Assembly: GCA_030704615.1 (NCBI GenBank)
Contig: CM060731.1
Coordinates: 51,088,001 to 51,152,000, forward strand
DNA: 64,000 bases
Direction of reading: 5' to 3'
Source: Takakia lepidozioides
Lineage: Eukaryota; Plantae; Bryophyta
How positions within the stretch are numbered: position 1 is the first letter of the stretch; every line of letters starts with the position of its first letter. Positions 11,584 through 22,701 of this stretch are shown here, piece after piece. The notes beneath the pieces were generated by a model. The model was not told where the DNA came from. It worked only from the letters and a program-made list of their open reading frames with translations, and ran no database searches. A program made the translations under genes and the position numbers.

Positions 11584-14500
11584 ATGGTGAAGCGGAAGGT
11601 CTTCGAAGTGACAGTCCCTCTCACTGAGTACGAGAAGTTCCGAGAGCGCCGGATTGCTGCCATAAAGGGTGGAAGCAACGTTCAAGCAGTCGATAGATGG
11701 GTGAGTTTAGTTCCTGACTTTGGATACCCACCCACTAAACTTGCGATTTGCCTTATCCTCTAACCTTCCTACAGCGATCATAAGCTTCATAGCACAAATG
11801 GGGGCGAGTAGCTGCGACTTGTACAAACAGAGAGGCAAACAACATGCAGTGAGTGACGATTAGGTTTGAGGAGGGTGTGTCATTAGGCGGGAGATGTCCG
11901 CCGTCATTCGTGGGCAGGCATTACGTCCTGGTAGGGTGCGGCTGTGGTTCAGCGTAGGCTTAAGAGTATTAGGGTATGTATGCTTACATTTGTTTGTGAT
12001 TGTTTGAGAGGGAGGTCATGGAGGTGTTTGTGCAGGCTTGCGGGAGCGAATCGCCCTCGCAAGCCACGCGCTCCGAAGGAAAAAGGTAGGGATCAAGGTC
12101 CTGCAAGGCAAAGTGCCAGACTGAAGACGATGAAGACTACGATTTTGCATGAGGGCTCTTCTGAGGACGATGAGGACGATCCACTCCTCCCACGCCAGTG
12201 CGAGGCGAGTGCGTCGTCGGCGGATGCCACGGCAAGCCGAGGAGAACATGCCCATGCTCATGTCGCAGGACAAAAACGCCCATCATCTACACTACGAACA
12301 CCTTCTCCGTCTGTGAGTTATAGTTCTTCACAATGACCATGATTCTAATTATGTATGTTTTTGGTAAAATCACGAAGAGATAGGGTATGTCTGTCAAGAC
12401 AGGGAAGTTGGACAATGCAGGGGTCAGCCAAGGCACAATCACAAATGATTTCCACTAGACAAGTTGAAGTGCCAAAGGCATGATGTCAGGCCAATGTAGA
12501 CTTCAGGTGTGTTCAAATTCTTTGCCCCATGAAACCAACGTCCTGGTACTAAGCTACAATGGCTACTTATAGAGATACTTGGGTTACTTATGCACCCAGA
12601 ATATCAGTAAAACTTGGAGGGATACTTCTCATGGACCCATCAGGTTTGTCCATTTGAATTCTTGCTATGGATTTCAGGAACACCCCATACCTAAGAGGGC
12701 TCAAAAATGTACTGGGAGGACATCATTGGGGCCAATCAAATTTGGGAGATTTACTGCCCAAGATCATACTGAGTTTTGGGTAATCTTGTCTTTACAAATG
12801 ATATGTGCTTCCAGTTTGTTTTGCCTGAATTCAAGGATTTGCTGCTTGCTGCCTATATGTATGTGTAATCACCCACATTGTACTGGGGAATTTCTTTTCA
12901 GGGCAAGCACAAGCGCACTGGATCCACGATCCCTGCTGCTAGCAATGGAGATGGCGCCCACAGAACGCAGGAGGTGGCCCTAACTCTCCCAACGTTGTGG
13001 GTTCTGTGCCACCAGTACCCCCACCTTATTATGGTATGCCTCAGTACCCACAGTCTGGCACTCAGTATGGTCAGGGTCAATATGGTGCTCCTCCATATGG
13101 GCAGTATGGCCAGTATCCTCCTCCACCATATTTGCCACCCCCTAATAGCTATGGGGGTGGCAGGCCACCGGAATATCCTCCTGCTTATGGACAGTATGGC
13201 CAGTATGGTCCTCGGCCTTCTGGCCAACAACCATGGCCACCAGTCCCTACTTGGCAGGATCCTGCTTTGAATTCTCCTGAGCGCACGGAGGTCTCTGAAG
13301 GAGGGGAGGGTGCCGTTTCAAAGAATGATAGAACCAATGCTTTAAGGAGGGCTAATAGCTCAGCCAAAATTGAAGCTGCCAAGGTCAAGGAAGAGAGAAT
13401 AGCTGCAGGTCTTCCTCCCACGGTGATTTTGACGAACCTCAAAGGAGCCCCGTATGGTCAGACCCGGAATGTATGGCACGCTGCCCTTAAAGGACAGGCT
13501 TATCGCAAGCTAGATTGTTCCCTTGCCATCAACAACCAACCTGATGAAGTTGTATACGAAATCAGAGATCACCTGGCTAAGCTATTTTCATATACGCCGC
13601 ACGAGTTAAAAGACTTCCACCTAAAACAAACAATTGGCAGAATAATGAAGAGCCAGCGTTATGAAGCACACACTGCGTGGTTGGGTGGTAAGGGGAAACC
13701 CATTACTGTATCTGACGAGGTATGGAACAAGCTTGTAAGTTACTGGCAGACAGAGGTGTTCCACAAAGTGTCGGGCAACATGAAGAAGGCAAATGGTGCA
13801 ATTCTGAATCCTACCAAGACTGGCCGTGGTGGGAAGGCAATGGTGGAAGCACGCTTGGTAAGTGGCATCATCACGACTCTGTATTTTGTTCCTCATTGAA
13901 TTGCTATGTGTATATAGTCAGCCCTCACATTGCTTACTGACTTGTGGCATGGGTTTGTTTGTGGCATGGATTAATTTGTAGGAAACACTATCAGGGTGCC
14001 CTCCTACATTATATGAAATTCAAGAGGGTTCAGTGTCACGGTTGTCAGCTGGGAGTGACAGGCGGGTAAGTGTGTTTTCCACGTTTGCTAGAGTGGTTGC
14101 TGCATCATAGGTTGCTAGGGTTTTTTTCACGCTTTTGGCCTGGGTTTTCTTTCCAATGGTTGTTCATGCTAGGTTTTTTTGGTTTGATTCATACTTGGGC
14201 AAGTTTTCATGGATTGGCAGGAGGGAAGTCTCGCATATTCTACAGTAGTTGGCAGGATGGATGGCTTGGACAAACTGGTGGAATCACAAGGACGTGACAT
14301 GGCAGAATTAAAATTACAGATGCAGAGTATGATTGAGTACCAGAAAGCCATTGTGACCAGATTGGGGATTAATCTACCAGGCGCAGGACCAGTGACATCT
14401 ACGATGGATACGTCTGCTGTGACAGTATCAAAATGTTTGGAATCCCAATTTCAGACGGTAACTGGTGCTCACTCTAAGCCCTTATGTCTTCCTGTCACTG

Positions 14501-16139
14501 ATGATCTTTTGAATTTGACCGAGCAGCAGCAGGATACAGGGAAGGCCAGCTGTGAGGTACACGTGGAAATTCAGCCCTTGCCACGTACAAAGGCAGTAGC
14601 AGTCCAGGGGGCAATGGTGACAGAGCCGCCGGGCACACCGGATTCTGGTATGCAGGTATGTGGGAGTTTAGATGGGGAGGAATGCAGACGGGGACAAACA
14701 AACAAGCAGGTTGCTTTAATTTCTCCTGCTCACATGTTGAAGCCAAATGTCAGTTTACTTCCTGGACCAACGAGGAAGCATTTACTAATTCTGGACTTAA
14801 ATGGTCTGTTATGTGAATCTTTTCATTCTGCTAATGGGCCTGCATCCCTTCCCAAAGGTTTTTGTGGGAAGATGTGTGGCAAGAAGATGGTAGTTTTGAG
14901 ACCACGCTGTTATGACTTTTTGCAAAAGTGTTTTGAACACTTTGAGGTGGCGGTGTGGTCTTGTTGCCAAGCTCGCAACTTCTTCCCAATGGTGGACTAT
15001 ATTTTTGCAGCCCACACTAACCTGGTTTTCCAGTGGGATGCCCTTCACTGTGACGAGGATCCAGTCCTCCCATGCCGTAAGGGGTCTGATTCAAAGCCAT
15101 TATATTTCAAGAACTTGTCTACAGTGTGGGCACTGGCCAGAATGGACTTATGAGGACACTGTTCTTGTTGACGACACACCAAGGCGGCAAACAATCCTCC
15201 CTTCAGTGGGATTTTTCCAGAGCCATGGAAGGTGCAACCAGATTCACCAACTGATGAGTATCTAACAGAGGTGTTGTGGCCTTTCTTGTGGAAGGCATCG
15301 AAAGCTGCCAGTATTCCCAAGTTTTTGGAGTCTCAGCCTGTTTTCGGACAACAACCATACAACACTGCTACTGTGAAGGTACAAACATTCTGACAGTGCT
15401 CCAGAGGCTACATTTTTTGGGGTTCATTCATTGCATTGCTTTCCTGGATGCTTCTCCTCGGTTGCTTGATTAATGCTAGGTTTTCTTTGCAGCTTTTCAT
15501 GTTGGTTTTTTTGTTTGATTCATACTTGGATTTTGTTTCTATTCACTATTCCTGTTTGCTCATTGCTTTCCTGGTTGATCTCTGGTCTGTGACACAGGAA
15601 CTTGTGACAAACAAAGGTGATATTGTCGACAAGCCGGTACAGACGAGGGGCAAGAGTGTCGACCCGGCGAGTAGCCCCCCAAAAGAGGTCTCACCACCAC
15701 TGGAGACTGCAAATGGAGTAAGTCCAGGCCGTTGTCTTGTCTGTTATATTTTTTCCAACCTTGGGGCTCTCTTTAACTCGCAAATGTTGAGTGTCCTAGT
15801 CGTGTGTATGTCATGGGTTTTCACATCGTGTTCTTTTTTGTGTGGAGTTGGATCACAGTTCAGGGTGGGTGACGAGGTTCGGCTGTTGGATGTGAACTCC
15901 AAACGCAAGAAATGTGGAGTAGGGCTGATTGTTGCTCTTCAAGGTGCTGTGTGGGTTACGGGTACCCTGCTGTGCCCCTTGATTATGCCTGTGTGTACAT
16001 CAAAGAGGCATGTGTCAGTAACACCCCTCTACCATATGTGAATGGTGTTAGGAAACAGACCGAGTTGGGGCAGGTGGTTGGCCAGACAACACTTTGGAGT
16101 CTAAAGTTACTGAAACTTATGGAGCTGCGGAAGGGATAG
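11584..16139 (+). pseudogene. CACTA TnpA-like multi-exon gene: PTTA/Transposase_24-like domain + FCP1/NIF phosphatase-like domain + C-terminal Tnp1-like domain (frameshifted)
   Basis: Predicted exons ~11584-11700 (LTEYEKFRERRIA), ~12037-12312, ~12902-13859 (WNKLVSYW...TGRGG), ~13982-14065, 14221-15378 (LLILDLNGLL, LRPRCYDFL, VAVWS, TVLVDDTP, NNPPFSGIFP, FGQQP), 15598-15717 and 15859-16139 (GVGLIV...ACVYIKEA...LPY...LGQVVGQTTLW). Junctions are GT-AG. Confidence 0.75.
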
Positions 16140-16579
16140 TCAGTATTGCACTGTTTAACAGAGTTCTTGATTCTAATAGCACTAGAACATACTAGCTACA
16201 ACAATTCAGCCCATGTGTGGGCTTGCTTGTTTTTGGCTGGGCCTTTTGAGGCATGGATTTTTTGACCTTGTGGCTGTCCATTGGGATATTGGTCTCATTT
16301 GGATTTTTGTAATGTGATTTATAGGGCTTGTATTGCCCTGTAGTTGACTATTTTCATTCTCCTTGTGGTTGATAGTATGCAGGAGGGATCCATTCTGTTT
16401 CATGTTGGAATTTCACCATGTAATGAAGATTTTAAATCATTTAATTCACTTTCATTTTAAATAATAATATTAAAAAAATACCATTAAAAAAAATCCAAGG
16501 CTGCAATCTCCCTGTTCTTTTAAATATTAAATGAAAACTAAAAATTAAAATATGAACATTAAAAATATAAATTTCGGAA

Positions 16580-17280
16580 AACAATCTTGATGACACGTGG
16601 CATCACTCTTGCTCAAACCAGAACACGTGGCAGTATATGACACGACATTCTTTATCCATATTTTCACCACGTGTAAAGATCCGTAGTCATATATGCTAGT
16701 CATATATTTTGTCTGTGTGCCACATGTCACATCTCAAGTGCAACAGGTGTCCCGCTAATATCTCTCCATGTAGACATCCCTGTAGTCATATGAGCGAGTC
16801 ATGTAGTCACCACGTGTGAAATCTGCCATAGCACACGTGTCTCGCTAGCGCCTCTCCATGTAGGCATCACTGTGCAGACATGTAGTCATATGATCATGGC
16901 AAGAAGTCGTGACATGTCAAATTCGCAGTGGCGCACGTGTCCATCCGTCGCCTCTCCATGTAGGCATCACTTTGCAGACATATAGTCATATGATCCCCTG
17001 ACGAATGCATGACGTGTCGCTTGCGCAGTGGCGCACGTGTCCCGCTGAAGCCTCTCCATGTAGGCAGCGCTCAACAGACAATGTAGTCATATATTAGTCA
17101 TATAGTTGTGACTGCAACCCTCTCTGCAGCAGGACTCCAGGTGCCACGCAAGCAGTCATGGATATGACTTGCAAAACGCAGTCCTAAAGACTAGTCGCTA
17201 TGACAGGGCTTTTTTCACTACAGAGTGATGTAGTCATGAACGCATATAAGACTGAAAAAATAGTCATATATGAAGTCATA
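16580..17280. repeat. CACTA right subterminal repeats, including ~100-110-bp tandem units
   Basis: Repeated cacgtgtc...ctctccatgtagrcatc...tagtcatat units from 16740 to 17100. Confidence 0.8.
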
Positions 17281-17305
17281 AAAACGCTCATCTGTTGTAG
17301 TGCAA

Positions 17306-17525
17306 GATGTCCTCCCCCATGTCACTGACTGGAAACAAGTTCAGGGAAGTTTTCTGCCTAACTTCATTGTCATCAGACAATCTCATGGCAACAGACATGG
17401 CTTTGGACACTACAGCCTCTAAGTCAGATTTATCAACCCATATTGCAGATCCGTACTCCAAGGCAGGTCTAATAATGCAACAAAGCAAAAAATCGGTTTC
17501 ACGAGCTAATCCCCAGTACATAGTA
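17306..17525 (-). mobile_element. Upstream part of the interrupted LINE ORF2 fragment (post-RT region)
   Basis: IIRPALEYGSAIW is the typical post-RT motif of APE-type LINEs. It reads ...MGEDIL-DDLKGLP across the CACTA site. Confidence 0.7.
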
Positions 17526-20034
17526 ATCTAGCGTTGCACGAGCTCCAAGAAACGTAGCCGCCAGAGCCCATGAGGACTTAGTCATTTTCCTGTCCCCTCT
17601 AATGTTCCCGCCAACTAGCTAGAAATAGCTGACAGCTAGCAAGAACCGATGGGTAGTGGACCTAGCTCTAGTAAAATAGCGTATCCACCGCTTTAGACAT
17701 GGCCAAATATAGCAAGGATAATAGCCATAGCTGCAAGCTGCGTACAGCACCACAGCGCGAGCTCGACGCTCGAGACGTAAGCGAGACCGTGATAAGAGAG
17801 TACAGCGTAGCATAAGGAGAAGGAAGCGGTGCGGCCAATGAGCACATCGGCACGAGAAACATACAAGCACACAACAAGATCCAGGATGTGGAAAGGCTAT
17901 CCACTTTACCTCGATGCGTTTCCCAGAGAAGGCTATGTATCATCACAAACAAGGCTCTACATGGGCAGCTCTACAGGCTCCTCCACCCCCTCTACAGCCT
18001 CTCTCTAACCCTTCTTCTTAGCTTTATTTTGATGGATTCCATGAAGTTTTGTAGTTTTCAGACCGAATGTAGCGCTCCCATCTTACACAAGACCTGTTGC
18101 TACGAGGAACTGCACACGCCCACATGGTCGAGCCAACAACCTGGTATTCTGGCTGCCCATCAGAACGCGCCCCAAGCACTTATGCGCCTGCACAGAGGGT
18201 CAAACCAACAGCTTGTTACTCCGGCTACCCAACACTGCACTTCCCCAGCAACCGTATGCTTGTCCTTATCATGACATCAACTCCTTCATCACCGTGTTTC
18301 TCAATGCGGAGTTGCCAAAGTCTACATTGTTGATGCCAAGAACAAGAAGCTGTCGCTGCAATACTGCTCCAAACAGATACTGGGCTGTAATAATAGACTT
18401 TATGTGAGACGGCGTGCTGATGTGAATGATAGCAACATGGCTACCATTGTTTCCCCATCGAAGTCCCCCAAAACAAGCAATCACGAAGCAGGAGCTCCCA
18501 AATATGTCTTCCACATCTCCCCAGAGTGGCAACATGCAGTGAGCTGGTACTGGTGGCCTCGATGTACTAGGCCCGCCCGACGATTTTGGCATTTTCTTCA
18601 CCCTACTTGGTTTACAGATCCAGCGTTTTTCTCTGATCGGGTTGTACATAAAGCTCCTTTGGCTCCTTTCTTTACACAGTGCATACGAACATGAAATGTT
18701 GCCGACAATGGTGTCAGGAATTCAAAGAACTAAGTTGGGTTTCACCACACTGTCGATGAAAGGTTACATTCCAATCTGTTCTCCCCCATCACTGTTGGAG
18801 CAACACCAAGGGACCGCAGATGTAAGGGCAAGAGCTTGCTGGTGGTTCAATCTCCTCTCGACCCGCAAAGGCACGCACCAACACCAGCCCTCTAGCATCT
18901 CTCTCACCGATGCGCTAAGTGGTGTCTTCGCACCCCAGTTGGTTCACCTCTCTGCTCTCCACACAATGACCTTGGTCCAGGCCAATGTACAAGATAAGTA
19001 CCTAAATCTTCACTCCCCCACATCTATGCTCTTCAAATCATATTGCCTTCAAATCACTAGCCGACATACCAAGCCTCCACCTCAAGCTGAATTCTCTGAT
19101 AAAATTGTTGGACTTGCTACCTCCTTGCCCAACCATATGTCATTCTCTCTTGTCTCTCCAGATTATCTCCTGGGAACTACTCCGATGAAATCCATACTAT
19201 GCAATATGCCCATTACAATCACTGCATTGAAAACCTTTGTTAATGTGAAACTTCCATCATGGATGTTGTCTTTTGAAGTTACTGTCGTGATTGCTACTTA
19301 CATGATTTCTCCACCACATGCTACGCAAACTACAGACAATCGCTCACAAACTGTGTCAAACACCGTGCTCTTTGCAATGAAGTTCTTAAAAACTAGTTCC
19401 GTGACGCTCCCGTCATATATTATGCTCTTTGCAGATAAAGTCTTGCATGCAGCTACTTTTGTGGAAACCCTACCACGCACTGTGCTCTTTGTCAATAAAC
19501 TCCTGAAAACTATCTTTATGACACCCCTGTCAAACACGATGCTCCGGACCATCCCATCCAACCACCCTTCTTTTCGCCACTGTGACTGTTGTGCTTCAAG
19601 TCATATATCTACTGGAACTACTCCAGATCCTCTCTCTTATTGCATGCTCTCTGCAGATAGGCCTGCCCGCACGAATAATACTGATAATCCTGATTGGGTG
19701 GAAGCATATAGCAGAAGTGCTAAGTTGGACTTCAGACCTGCTGTCTCTGAGTCTGTGCGGGGGGCATTTTGGCCAACAAACACTAGCAAGCGTGCAACAC
19801 TTCAGACATTAACCCAACAAGACAAGCCACAAAGGGAAGTCACTTTCCATGATGTTTGTGCTGCCTAATTTGCTTTTCACTTCAGATATCAGTTTTGGAT
19901 ATTGTATGCTCCTAATAGTGTGATCTCCTACATCTCTCCACATCTATATAATTCAAGGGCTTTTGCCACATGTATGCATTTCAACAGTGACATATACTTC
20001 TATGTCTATTCCTCCTCACTCTTGTTAAAGGTGA

Positions 20035-20620
20035 CAATCAAGTTCCATCTGATGGTGTTCTGAAGGTGTGTGCCAGACTGGCTGACGTGGAGAAGGGCAA
20101 ACAGGGCCCTGCTAACATCATGAGAGCTGGAATTGAGCCAGATTTCATTCTGGCCACTGCCTTGGTCGACATGTATGTCATGTGTAGCTTACCAGCTACA
20201 TAGTTTTAAGAAACAAAGATGAGACTGAAAAACATACTAGGTACTCTCGAGAGCAAAGAACAAGTCTTCGACTTTATTCCATGTAGTAGCATGAATGATG
20301 CATGCCAAGTGTCTGACAAATTGCGTCAAAGAAATGTGGTCTCATGTAATGCAAAGGTCACATGATATGCTAAGCATGGTCATGGGAGGGAGGCCTTGGA
20401 GGCTTATGATCAAATGACTCGGGAAAAGGTGACACCCAATCAGGTTCCATCTGCTAGTGTTCTGAAGGTCTGTGCCAGACTGGCAGGCTTAGAGAAGGGC
20501 AAACAGGTCCCTGCTAACACCATGAAAGCTGGAATTGCGCCAGATATCATTCCGGCCACAGCCTTAGTTGACATGAAAGCCAAATGTGGCAGCATACATG
20601 ATGCACGCCAAGTGTTTGTT
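20035..20620 (+). pseudogene. PLS-class pentatricopeptide repeat (PPR) gene remnant
   Basis: VLKVCARLADVEKGKQ...LATALVDMY, then DACQVSDKLRQRNVVSCNAKVT*YAKHGHGREALEAYDQM...ALVDMKAKCGSIHDARQVF. It has an in-frame stop and a ~95-bp insertion (~20189-20284). Confidence 0.85.
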
Positions 20621-22668
20621 TGCAACGTTAGGGTGTAGCTGCGCCCTATGACATATAGGGACCTCTCCTATCCCCCCTCTTCCTTATGGTTGTTTCCTGC
20701 TACAGATCTGGTCAGATGCTCTTATTCCTATTGCTATGGTTTACCTATTTCTGATCTGCAGACCTCAAGATCTGCTCTCCCTAATACTCACATGCCCTGT
20801 ACTCCCATCTTGCAGGCTCACCCGATTAAACTCCAAGGACACCCTACAGCCAGGGACTGGGAATCCAACATACTACTACTCCCTGCCCACTATTGAACAA
20901 GGTATCCCAGTTTGATAACTCAGACGTGAGGCCTCTCAATTTAACTCCACTGAAGCAAGGCCTTAGCGCAGGTACTCATCACTCTGCCTTTATAGACTAT
21001 ATTCCAGATCTACTCACCACGATTACCTCATACCGTATGTTGTGTAATTGATTTCCGTACAAACTTACAGATTGTAATCTCAGACATGCGTGCCCTTGCT
21101 CTCTATGTTGCTCCACCTAATCATACTGGCTTATGTTCTCCGAGGCATAATTTCACTCTGCCCACAAGTGATAGTACTTTGTGGTATCAAGTTCCGGCTA
21201 TATGCCACATCTGTGGCATACACTATCTAGTTAACATACAATTTTGCTTATACCTCCGTGATTATGTACCACTCCATGACTCCCCCAGTGTTCTTCTATG
21301 CCATTTCTCGAACAATTACCACTCAGTACATTACCACTCTCTTTTACAAGATATTGGGAACTGTTGGCTACAGGAAAATGCTACTTCACTTTACTGCTCT
21401 AACCTCAACAGTGCTCTCCTATGCTATTTCTCGAATGATTGCCACTCATTACATTACCACTCTCCTTTACAAGATATTCGGAACTACTGGCTACCTTGGG
21501 AAATTGCTACCTTGGGAAAATGCTATCTTCGGAGAATGCTACCTTGGGAGATTGCTACCTTGGGAAACTGTTACCTTGAGAAAATGTTACCTTGGGAAAA
21601 TGCTACCTCATTTTATCGCTACCCGATTTTACCCACATCATCATTTATCAACTCTCTATCACAAATTCCACCGCACCAGAGATTCTCTGTGCGTGAAACC
21701 AATGGCTTTTACAGAAGTCTTCATTACTACTCTTATCCATGTCCTCTCCCGAATGCACAACATCCACCATATATCAACAACTATCTATCCCACCGCACCA
21801 AAGATTCTCTGTGCGAGAAACAAATGGCTTTTACAAAAGTCTTCATTACTACTCTCATCCATGTCCTCTCCCGAATGCATATCATCCACCATCTACCGAC
21901 TATCTACCACAAATCCCACCGTGAGATTCTCTATGCGTGAAACAATTCCATACCTTGGATGCCCAACTCACAAACCTTCCCACATCAATTTGCCCTCCTT
22001 TTCTCCTACAAGCTATATCATCTATTATTACACCTCTCAACTACCTAAACACAAGACGCAACCTCGCACCATCTATCTTCTCCCCAATGTCCTCCGTTAT
22101 CTATATCGTCTGCTCCTCCTAACTTATGACCAGCATGAACGCTATCCAATACACCTAGATTTAGTTCTTAAACTCCGTTCCGTCGAATATATTCCTCCTA
22201 TATACTCAAGCCCTAAAAGCTACACCACCTCATACATTACTTACCATTTCCCTACCTTGTCTACCGTGCTACCCCCCACATACCCTAAACACCTTAAGAC
22301 GCTCCATTATATATACCCCTAGCCCTACCCAATTACTTATAGCCCGAATGGCCGGTATCAACTATTCCCAGAAAAATCTAAACACTACTATCACCACCCC
22401 CCCCGCACTCGATACTGCATACTTAAACACTTGCTCAGCCCTCATCTTGTTAATGTGGCGAAATTCATCCAAACCCCGGGCCCTTCACTATCAGCGACAT
22501 TATCCAAGAACTTCCCAAAGACGCACAAGACAGATACGCACTATACTTCCAGCCAGACAGGATGACGCTCAGGCACAACTACCGCCATATCTCTGACCAC
22601 TTCACACCATTCTTCACGCACGTCCCACCTCCCGACCATACGCCCACGCAATACATCACAATTTTTGG

Positions 22669-22701
<33 letters not shown>

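Larger units (their letters stand above)
4834..17302. mobile_element. Full-length CACTA (En/Spm) DNA transposon, 12,469 bp
   Basis: Left TIR CACTACAAGAGATGAGCGTTTTTA; right end TAAAAACGCTCATCTGTTGTAGTG (1 mismatch in 24). 3-bp TSD CAA at 4831-4833 and 17303-17305. Subterminal ATGACTAC/GTAGTCAT repeats at both ends. Confidence 0.97.

Noticed and set aside
12997-13260. Pro/Tyr/Gly/Gln-rich stretch resembling a cell-wall protein
   Set aside because: It is in frame with the PTTA-like domain and is a low-complexity linker of the TnpA-like protein.
21490-21610. Short regular repeats resembling a CRISPR array
   Set aside because: Tandem ~19-bp units without unique spacers, eukaryotic context, no cas genes.
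22670-22700. C31 homopolymer (poly-Pro/poly-Gly ORFs)
   Set aside because: Simple slippage tract or sequencing artefact inside the LINE.
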